A stretch of 63,576 nt of DNA, filler included, from Collodictyon triciliatum (taxonomy: Eukaryota), in NCBI GenBank assembly GCA_043381765.1. It is 7 parts of 6 records of this genome, joined end to end, with 100 filler letters (N's around TTAATTAATTAA, not from the genome) between each part and the next. Parts side by side here need not be neighbours in the genome. Positions count along the whole stretch, not along the records: positions 39,374 to 52,375 come from JBHJMP010002069.1; positions 52,476 to 56,555 come from JBHJMP010002165.1; positions 56,656 to 59,804 come from JBHJMP010002165.1; positions 59,905 to 63,576 come from JBHJMP010002166.1; 3 more parts are not named here. One strand, written 5' to 3'. Both the position numbers and the translations under genes were made by a program. Under the pieces are notes generated by a model. The model saw nothing but the letters and a program-made list of their open reading frames with translations. It searched no databases and was not told where the DNA came from. Positions within the stretch are counted from its first letter, which is position 1, and each line of letters opens with the position of its first letter. Positions 51,902-61,916 of the stretch are shown here, one piece after another.

Positions 51902-52375
51902 TTATTTTTCCTCTCAATCCGCACAAGATAGTGGGGGTGTTGGCTTTGGTTCGCTAGCCATCATTTGCATGGACGCTACTTGTTGGCCGGGTGGCGGAGA
52001 AGTAGTCGGTAATCAGGAATTGCATCCTGTGGTTTGGCCTGAATCCTGGGTTTTGTGCTTGCATGAGAGATACAAGGTGAAGTTTAATCTCTTTCTCAGC
52101 TTCTTTCCACATGTCTCTTCTCACAGGGTCTGAGTAGTAGAGAACGTTCAGGTGGCGAAGAAAGCTGTTGAGGAAAGAGATTTGTATGATGTCATTCAGT
52201 CTATTATCAGGAATGGGTGGCTGGTTGTTGAGTCTTGCTTTGCTTCAGTATATGCGTGCTTTCCACATAGTCCATAGCAAATGGCCTCGCGTCACTGCCC
52301 AGAATGTTTTTGCATCTGGACGCAGCTGTTGCAGAGGCCCAAATATCGCCTGGATTGGGCCAACAGCTGCAGCCG
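51902..52375 (-). mobile_element. 3' end of the same L1/Tx1-like LINE family, decayed copy 2, cut by the spacer
   Basis: The reverse complement aligns collinearly with 316-786 (roughly 85-90% identity by eye). It has its own stops at 52245-52247 and 51954-51956. Confidence 0.85.
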
Positions 52376-52475
52376 NNNNNNNNNNNNNNNNNNNNNNNNN
52401 NNNNNNNNNNNNNNNNNNNTTAATTAATTAANNNNNNNNNNNNNNNNNNNNNNNNNNNNNNNNNNNNNNNNNNNN

Positions 52476-52552
<77 letters not shown>

Positions 52553-52770
52553 AAAAAAAGAAAAAAAAGAAAAAGAAAAAGAAAAAGAAAAAGAAAAAGA
52601 AAAAGAAAAAGAAAAAGAAAAAGAAAAAGAGAAAGAAAAAGAGAAAGAGAAAGAAGAAGAAGAAGAAGAAGAAGAAGAAGAAGAAGAAAAAGAAAAAGAA
52701 AAAGAAAAAGAAAAAGAAAAAGAAAAAGAAAAAGAAAAAGAAAAAGAAAAAGAAAAAAGAAAAAAAGAGA
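52476..52770. repeat. Poly(A) followed by a (AAAAAG)n/(AAG)n purine tract
   Basis: Seen directly; lies in a WDR78 intron at a segment end. Confidence 0.9.
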
Positions 52771-52796
52771 GGAAACTTGGAAGTATACATCTAATT

Positions 52797-54441
52797 ACCA
52801 GTGAATTCCAACCCCTTCTTGATTGACCATTGAGAAACCCGCCCATCCGTCGAGACCGACACAAGGGTTTCTCCCCGTTCATTGCTGCGGTCAATCCACT
52901 TGACCTCCCATATTGGATCCGCATGCTTTCCACTCGTAAGACTGCCGGCAAAGTTGGATAGATTATCAGAGGACTGGCCCACTTACACAAAAAGCCATTG
53001 ATGGATGAGAATTGATGACATATATATTTTGGTGAGGATGGGCGCAAACCCGCTCTCCAAGACAGGTCGGCTGTCGGTTCGACGCACGTCAAATATGGAT
53101 AATGCGCCGTCGTATGAACCGACTGCCAATAGATTCGGTTGGGTGAAGGAGAAGTCCACAGACGTCACTCCACTTGGTGTTCGTATTATACGCTCTGGAT
53201 ACTGCATTATCGATTGATTAATAGCGTCAATAACTATTCACGAAATGGGGAAAAGATAAAGATAAAGATAAAGATAAAGATAAAGATAAAGATAAAGATA
53301 AAGATAAAGATAAAGATAAAGATAAAGATAAAGATAAAGATAATTGTAATCAATAAAATTATTGTTGCAGATTTTTCAAAGAGGGAAGAAGTCTTTTTCA
53401 AGAAATCTTAAAATTTATATTGTACTATTTCTTTCATACTCTCTGAGAACCACATTTCCTGTATATAAAAAAATCATCTTTGGCTCACCACGGGATTCTT
53501 TAGAGACCAACACAGAATAAGGCCGCCTTCTTTTTCTTTTTGCTTGGTGAATTCATACTGGCCATATCCAACTGCAAGAACGTCCTATTCAGGTATGCAT
53601 TTCAATGGCAAGTCTCTAATAAGCAGTCCCGTTTATAGACTATTGCTGATATTCTTTAAAGAAGACCAACCTTATTTACACGATTCCAGGCCATACAGCT
53701 GACATTCCGTCCTTTCGTTAGATCGCAACTGAAGCTCCACAAGAATTCGAGGCTTGGCGACGGAGGTTGCTGATGGATGAGCTCTGATAAAAGAAAGAGC
53801 AAAAAGAAAGAAAAAAGAAAGAAAAAAGAAAGAAAAAAGAAAGAAAAAAGAAAGAAAAAAGAAAGAAAAAAGAAAGAAAAAAGAAAGAAAAAAGAAAGAA
53901 AAAAGAAAGAAAAAAGAGAATATATGGATGAGAAAATAATACAGGCCTCTTGGAGTATCCTCATCGAACAGAAGAAAACCTGACGCATCCATCCCACTGG
54001 AAGAGGAGCGAAGTAACTTCTCAACAAACAAATCTCTGTATATCAATTGTTTCGTATGATATATGTTTTGCGTGACCATCCGTTCACAAAGCCGCAAAGA
54101 ATCCGGAAGTCTTTTGAACTGAAGTATGAAGATGGGTTACTTTTCACTCATTCAGAGGATTTCAAATGCATGCAACGACCTTGTGTTTGTAGACAAATTA
54201 AAAGAGAAACTGAATGAGGTTCTGTAAAGTATACTTTGGTCAATGTAGAATCCTGCAGCGCTTTTGTATCTCCATTCTGACCCTCGCCTGTATGAGACCG
54301 GGAATTTTCGTTTGTGCCACGAGCAGTCCTTTGGGCGAGAAAGTCAGTATTCGAATTCAAATAATATCTGACATGATGTAAAATATAAAAAGCCTACAGG
54401 AAAAAAAAAAGATGAAAGGAATCATTCTTGCGTGGTGTAGA

Positions 54442-54535
<94 letters not shown>

Positions 54536-56422
54536 TGGCGTGATAAGAGAGAAATATTCGGGAAGAAACAAGAGGATTGAAGCTAAACAAACTCTGGTGC
54601 TTCTGAATCGAGCCAATCATTGCTTTCCTTCTCCATTTCTGTGAGTAGTGGGTCATCAGGATTACGCTGTTCAACTTTTGCAGCACCATCATGCGTGCCA
54701 TCTGTTTTAGTTTTCCTATTGACGAACAATAGCTCAAATATTGAGATTGAGAACTGACCAGGGTTTTTTTTTAAAATAAATAAAAAGGGTTTCATAAACC
54801 TAAATCGAGAAAAATTGGGTTGATGCGAATCATTACATTGAACTCATTTATGTTAATGACAGTGCTTTCATGGGTGCATATTTTCAAATAACAATTTATT
54901 CCTACATTTCTTCTGGGTCTTGAGTGGAGTCACAGATATCCCAGAACGTGGCGGTAACACCAGTGTCTTTTGTTTGGGGAGGAACAGCCTATTCAAACGT
55001 TATACATGGTTTGAGAAAGATACACCCTATGTTGAATGTTGGTTGGTGTTCTTTGAATATGATGGCAATGATATCGCATCAAAGGGAGGCAATTACTTGT
55101 ATTTCCTTGGACTTCTGAGGCAAATTGAAAGTTTGCATCGACCTTTCAACAAGTTTATCTGCCGATAGCTTCACTTTAGATACCTGCAATTTTTTTTTTG
55201 TTTTTATCCTGGTTAGGGATGAATGCCTTCACTTGTCTCCTTATTTTCAATATTTCACGTGGGGTGTAAATCTCCTTCATGTGAGTAATAAATTTTATGA
55301 TATGAGATGAAATATTTCTGTTCATACACACGAGAAAATATTTGCATTAAAAACAATCAATTGCGTGAAGAAAGAAGAATGAAGAATGAACGAGAGAAAA
55401 GTTAAAAGTACCTCACGAAGTTCACCACCCATAGAGCCATCTAATGCTATACAATTCCCAGGTAAATCTAGCATCACGATTGTCTCTGACTCCATGATAT
55501 TAATTGCTATCAATCTATTCAATTCATTCTCGGACAGTACAACTTTTCCTTGAGGCGAGGCATCCTAGTAGATTACATTTTGTATATGTGAGAGGAATAT
55601 CAGCCAGAATTACTGTTTCGTTCTCAGAAATATATACATATACAATAAATTCCCAGATTTTATAAAGAGAAGCATCTGCGTATCACGATTGAGAATGGAA
55701 AGTATCATATATCTAGGTGATGAAGTTGATGCACAGATGCTCTTTGTTTCAGAAAACCCCGATGGGTAGATTCATGAAAATAATATTTATATCTATTTCT
55801 TTGGGTTATTTGAAAATAAAATTGCTAACCTCTGCTGGTTTGGCTACAACTTCAGAAGTAACAGCAGACTCTCGAGTTTCATCTGATAAAGTCATGATTA
55901 AAGTGTCACTACTACAAATTATAATAACTTTCGAATAAAATAGCAATCTTGCCCATCATTTGATAATATTGAATGGAAATAATTCAAAATCAGGAACAAA
56001 AATACCATCTTCTCGATTCGGCAGATACAAGACCCGATTACAAGGAAAAAATTAGTAATTGCTTGAATCTCAAAACAATAGTTAAAAAAAAAGAGAGAGA
56101 AAAATTAGATGTATAATAAGTAACCAGATTAATCTTTCGATAAATGACAAAAACCACATCATAAAAATCTGCATAAATTCCACATAGATAAAATGAGATA
56201 GGACAATATATTCACGCAACACACAAGGATGATTGATGCAAAGCACACCCTCTGCAACCACACCACCAGCTGCATCGCCGAGCTGCTCGTCTGTGGTCAT
56301 GCGCGGCGACACTGTTCCGTCATCAGCCTCTGTCACATCTGCAGTTGAGCCGCCACTGCTGAGCGAACCCATAAAACTCATCGATGACATCTTCTCGCTA
56401 AACAAATCAGACGATTCGCTCT
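52797..56422 (-). CDS. WDR78: Axonemal dynein intermediate chain WDR78/DNAI4; spliced; truncated at both ends
   Basis: LEFLWSFSCDLTKGRNVSCMAWNRVNK|DVLAVGYG..LCWSLKNP|YPERII..GVTSVDFS..PNLLAVG..KHADPIWEVKW..LVSVSTDGRVSQWSIKKGLE, plus N-terminal INIMESETIVMLDLP. This closely matches WDR78 as remembered. Confidence 0.88.
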
Positions 56423-57309
56423 AGTATTCGAAAGGATGGGTAAGCATCAATTACATAAATAGCATCAGGGGAATATGAATGAACTTTTGCCACTTGATAT
56501 AACGAAAGAATGGGGAATACAGCTTGAATCAATACGTATAATGCCGCTAAAGAGGNNNNNNNNNNNNNNNNNNNNNNNNNNNNNNNNNNNNNNNNNNNNT
56601 TAATTAATTAANNNNNNNNNNNNNNNNNNNNNNNNNNNNNNNNNNNNNNNNNNNNTAAAAAAACCCAATAAAAAAACCCAATAAAAAAACCCAATAAAAA
56701 AACCCAATAAAAAAGAAACCGATAAAAAGAAACCAATAAGTAGACATGAAAAGCGCGCAACACGTGAGCCAACTGAAACCCTCGGTCAGCGTTTTCCTTC
56801 GCCTTTCGGCCTCTCCGTTTCGGCTGCGTCTGCGATCGTGGGTGATTTTCAGCGGTTGGGTTTGAATCAAAAACCAAATAAAAACATTGAAGATGACAAT
56901 CCAGATTAAGATGCCGTTATTCTATTTGTGGAATATACACAATAACACGAAAGTCCCGCCACCCACCCAGAACAGGCAGCTTCTTGAGATTAGATTATTT
57001 AGAGACATACAAGCATTACTGTTCTGCAGTTGGAATTAGCGGATTGATGTTAGCTTTGGTGGACATTTGAAATAGCACATCTGATGAGTGAGAAACGTCG
57101 TCGCGTGGCAAGTTGCTTTTTTTTTTTATTCGAGTATCGCTGCCACATTAATTCTGGATAGCCATTCTTTTTATCTTTTAAACGAGTGATGTTTGTGATT
57201 TGTCCATCGCTTCCCCGGGTTGGGTGTCTTTCAGGGCGACAAGGAATGATGCGAGGTTGGAAAACCGGAGGGTTTTGTTTTTTAAAAGGGCGGTTGGCAA
57301 ACATGACTC

Positions 57310-59631
57310 TCAGAGCATTTTGAAGAGGGCCACCGCGTATTTAAGCGGGATGTCGGGGAAGTTTTCCTCGTCCGGAATTTCGAGTCCCAATAGTGTCATG
57401 TATTCCTATGTGGACATTGTCATGAGCAATACAACAAAGATAGAGGGTTTACGCAAAGTATCACTCTGTATCAATCTGCAACCTTCCGATTGGGCATTAA
57501 AATCGAATCACCAATAAATACCACACAACGGATATTACATAATTTTTATTTTTATTTTTACAAATAATATATATGATAAAACTAGACTATTTTCCCAAAG
57601 CATGTAAAAACGAGGCAAACTGGTATTAGCATTGAAGTAGTTTACAGATATGCCATGCAAGTGATGTACCTTTAAGGACGCCCCTGGTGGATATCCAGGA
57701 GCGGAGAGGGAATCATTCATAAAGTCTGACCAGTCGCTGCGAAGCTTCTTCTTGTTTGGTTCGTCAATAGACTTGACATATTTTCTGAAGCTTGTGACTA
57801 GAGGGTCGTCTTCCTGTAATTCGGAAATACAAAAGACAATCAAAAGACAATCAAAAGACAATCAAAAGACAATCAAAAGACAATCAAAAGACAATCAAAA
57901 GACAATCAAAAGACAATCAAAAGACAATCAGAAGACAATCGGAAGACAATCAAAAGACAATCAGAAGACAGTCAGAAGACAATCAGAAGACAATCAGAAG
58001 ACAATCAGAAGATAATCAAAAGGCGATGAAAGTAAGAAGCTAAATCGCAAAGAAAGGAATAAAAAATACTGGAGGTTGCTCTTTGTAATCGCCGCATATG
58101 AGCGAGAGAGGGTCCATTTTACTATGAATTTCGTTCACAAATATTTCTGCCTCACTTATGTTTACTTTCCTCAAGATTAGATCACAATCAGCAATTTTGA
58201 GAAACTATAATTAGTAAAAAGAAAAAAGAAAAAAGAAAAAAGAAAAAAGAAAAAAGAAAAATAAAAAAGAATTAGTAAAATGATATCAGAATTTACTTCA
58301 TATGAAGTAAATATTGTTGACCTTAAGATTGTAATGTCTCATCAATTATTATTAGTAGAACCAAAAGAATAAATTATAGCAAAAAGATACTCACACTAGA
58401 GAGAAACTTGAAGATTGACATGTCTTCACCACCCGTGAGACTTGCATAGCTCACACACAGATATACATCCTAGAAAATGGACGTTGTTTAAACATGTTTC
58501 GATGACTTTCTATTATGAAAAATAAGCAAAGTTACCTTAACCAGTTTTCCGTATCTATGAGTGTCATTCTCATCAATACCGGCGATGATGCTCGAGAAGT
58601 CTATTTTTAAAAAGGGTCAATATTTTTTTACACACCGGTAATTCAACCATTATTTTGCATTTATGTCATCAGTAGATTTCAAGTGTGTAGGGTTTTACTT
58701 GGTGCGGTTTCTGGAGGAGGATATTTAACGCGGAACTTATCCCAACGAACGAGGGCAGATACTTCGTCAGAGAATTGGAACAAACTAAAATGATGGGATA
58801 TCCACGCCGGAGATTACCAAAAACAAATAAATAAGAATCTTGCAGGTGATGCCAAAAAATTTGATTCATAATGACTGTATTATATTGGCTTACGATATGG
58901 GTGGAACGATAATTGAATCATTAACCTGAGTGGATTAAAAATTTAGCGAACTATGCCAAATGCCCTTCCATAAACAAATATAAACCAGAATGCTTCATTA
59001 TAAGCTGATGAATATGTGTATAAGAGCTAGACATACCATGGCTTCATCTGGATTTTGTTCATCAACAGATTGCTCTCTGTTTTGTGAAACCCCGTTAATT
59101 TTGCATTTTCCTTGTATGAACTGAGTGTAAATGCTTGCTTCTAGCTGTTATTTTGAAGCAAACACCATATTTAGTACACGGTCAATGGAGAGGATGACAC
59201 CTCTACCTCAATTTTTTTTTATAAAAGATTGGGTAGCTGTGAATAAAAATTACTTTCGCCCAAGAAAAATCGATGTCATAACCACTTTTTGGTTCTTGGG
59301 TCATTATCGTTGAACGAACGACGTATTTCCATGCGTTCTATATTCAGATAAATGTGAAAATTTCCAAGAGGAGCCATAATCGTACGTAATATAGATAAAT
59401 ATACCACTGCATAGATAATTGTCATTCTTGGTACTTTACCATGTCTTCAGGTGACAAATGGAAGCATATCATGTGGCTTTCATTGACTTCACCAAGATTT
59501 ATGGACGGTATCTCTCTAGGCGACTTCACTGACGCGATAATGTGATTGTGAGCAGTTACAACAGAGTCAATAATCTGAAGAATGTCACGTCCGACTTTCG
59601 ACTTTCCGATTAAAATTTTCGACAACGGGTC
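57310..59631 (-). CDS. Probable C-terminus of an RNF213-like giant AAA+/E3 protein; spliced; 5'-truncated
   Basis: Collinear motifs IIDSVVTAHNHII..INLGEVNESHMICF, MKPW, VSYASLTGGEDMSI, DPLSLICGDYK, YPPGASLKEYM and NFPDIPLKYAVALFKML* resemble the RNF213 C-terminal domain (compared from memory). Confidence 0.55.
57831..58020. repeat. 11-mer minisatellite (AAAAGACAATC, switching to AGAAGACAATC), intronic
   Basis: Seen directly; about 17 units. Confidence 0.95.
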
Positions 59632-59969
59632 CTTTAAAATAGCATATCATCAGTCTGTAACTCTTAAATGTATCGCATATTGAATCTCAATGATCTCTTC
59701 CTCTTCCTCTTCCTCTTCTTTTTTTTTTTTTTTTTTTTCGTTTTTTAATTTTTTTTTATTTCTTTTTTTTTTTGTCGATATGTTGTATTTTAAGTTTTTT
59801 ATATNNNNNNNNNNNNNNNNNNNNNNNNNNNNNNNNNNNNNNNNNNNNTTAATTAATTAANNNNNNNNNNNNNNNNNNNNNNNNNNNNNNNNNNNNNNNN
59901 NNNNAAATTTTAATTATTTCTTCTCCTCCCGCTTTTTTTTTTTTTTTTTTTGTTAGGTTTTAAAAATTA

Positions 59970-60475
59970 CGGCCAACTCGAGCTTTGATATGTTTGAGCG
60001 CTTCCATGGCCCTGCTTCTTTTATAACAAGGCAAACAGCATCCCAAAACGACTTGACCTCTTGAAATTCAGCCAAGAGTTGTTCTTGGAAAGCTTGAGTA
60101 TCCATCTCTCTGATAGCCTTGAAATTGACGTAATTTAACATTATTTGAGATTATAATTGACCAAATCAAAATCTAGAAGGGCGCATCTCGCTACCTTGAT
60201 TTGCGATGCACTTATAACATTATGAACATGGTGTACAGACACATACTTGCTGAATGGTTTTTTCGGACGCCTCATCTTGGTTGATGCGTTTGTTATATTT
60301 TCTGTAGAAGTGCATGTAAAACCTCAAAAGTACCGGGAGATTTCTATATTGATGCACGGGTTAATAACAAGTTCCTTGGGCACAACGTGAAGAATAAATA
60401 CTGAGGTAGTTGGAAGCTTACCCAGCCAACCGAACCAAGGGTAGAAAGCCAAATACAGCCTTTAGAGTGGGGTGT
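59970..60475 (-). CDS. Internal exons of an unidentified spliced gene
   Basis: AG/GT-bounded open blocks (..LYLAFYPWFGWL, VFILHVVPKELVINPC.., AIREMDTQAFQEQLLAEFQEVKSFWDAVCLVIKEAGPW..). No family recognised. Confidence 0.4.
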
Positions 60476-61862
60476 TTTGCCGGTGCTGATTCAGAAACGT
60501 GAAAAGACCGGATCACATAGCTGATTGTAATTTTCTGCCTCGGTCTGTAAAGATAAGGCAAGTTCTCTGAAAACATATTTCCTTTTTCAGAGNNNNNNNN
60601 NNNNNNNNNNNNNNNNNNNNNNNNNNNNNNNNNNNNNNNNNNNNNNNNNNNNNNNNNNNNNNNNNNNNNNNNNNNNNNNNNNNNNNNNNNNNNNNNNNNN
60701 NNNNNNNNNNNNNNNNNNNNNNNNNNNNNNNNNNNNNNNNNNNNNNNNNNNNNNNNNNNNNNNNNNNNNNNNNNNNNNNNNNNNNNNNNNNNNNNNNNNN
60801 NNNNNNNNNNNNNNNNNNNNNNNNNNNNNNNNNNNNNNNNNNNNNNNNNNNNNNNNNNNNNNNNNNNNNNNNNNNNNNNNNNNNNNNNNNNNNNNNNNNN
60901 NNNNNNNNNNNNNNNNNNNNNNNNNNNNNNNNNNNNNNNNNNNNNNNNNNNNNNNNNNNNNNNNNNNNNNNNNNNNNNNNNNNNNNNNNNNNNNNNNNNN
61001 NNNNNNNNNNNNNNNNNNNNNNNNNNNNNNNNNNNNNNNNNNNNNNNNNNNNNNNNNNNNNNNNNNNNNNNNNNNNNNNNNNNNNNNNNNNNNNNNNNNN
61101 NNNNNNNNNNNNNNNNNNTGTTTTGTTTTGTTTTGTTTTGTTTTGTTTTGTTTTGTTTTGTTTTGTTTTCTATTCTTTTCTTTTCTTTTTATTCTTTCAT
61201 TCCTCTCGGTCTCATTCAGCTTATAAATGTATAAACTTCATTACAAAGGTTGTGACGAACTTGGTTTTATCCCATTCAAGCACAATAATTTTTATATAAC
61301 GAAAGTGTACCCATATAATCCAATCTATTGCACATACAACCATCGAATTAAATTTGGATTGACGAAAACAGGAGCTTTGATGAATCCAAGAAGCAACCTG
61401 AATAATATAATAGTATAATCAGTATATATAATAAGGTTAAAAAAACTTAATAATTGCATTTTATTCCTATAATTAATTTATATTTTATTTTCCGTCTATG
61501 TAATATTATCATTAAAATTCAAAAATGACAAACAAGCCCTTGCCTTGGCCCATACAGAACCCACCCTACAAACCTGCCACCAAACATGCATTCCAAAAAA
61601 GCATACTATCCACACTTGCGGTGGTAATCATGTTGTTTGAGGCCGATATGTTGACTTTCAGTCGCAATTGATATACGGCCGTCCTTTCCAACTCGCCGAA
61701 TCGGCTATCAGGGTTTTGTCTCAAATCACTTAAAAAAAAACCTGGCGAGTATGTTTGCCACAATGCGCACATTTTGAGGGTCTCGGTAGATGCTTAATTT
61801 TACCTGAATTGATTTTATGCTGTCTTTTTATTTTAAATTATCAAATTGACTAAAGTTTTATT

Positions 61863-61886
61863 AAAATTGAAAACTCGGTAGTTTTC
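61863..61886 (+). promoter_or_regulatory. AAAATTGA motif overlapping a 7-bp hairpin (GAAAACT-CGGT-AGTTTTC) upstream of the Fanzor ATG
   Basis: AAAATTGA at 61863-61870 equals the Mimivirus early-promoter octamer and ends 46 nt before the ATG. The octamer also occurs elsewhere in this AT-rich window. Confidence 0.3.
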
Positions 61887-61916
61887 TAAACAAAAAAGTA
61901 GAACAAAGACTTTCAC

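Noticed and set aside
56750-56870. GC-rich block as a tRNA or other ncRNA (also 32820-32990)
   Set aside because: No cloverleaf or A/B boxes are recognisable; a promoter or 5' UTR is more likely.
59905-61118. Upstream spliced gene as the Fanzor-associated transposase
   Set aside because: No DDE, serine-recombinase or HUH motif is visible. It looks like an ordinary host gene and is separated from the Fanzor by a gap and a microsatellite.
61740-61800. Minus-strand YRDPQNVRIVANIL as a RuvC-III (RDxNAAxNI) motif
   Set aside because: The spacing does not fit, and it is on the wrong strand and side of the Fanzor.
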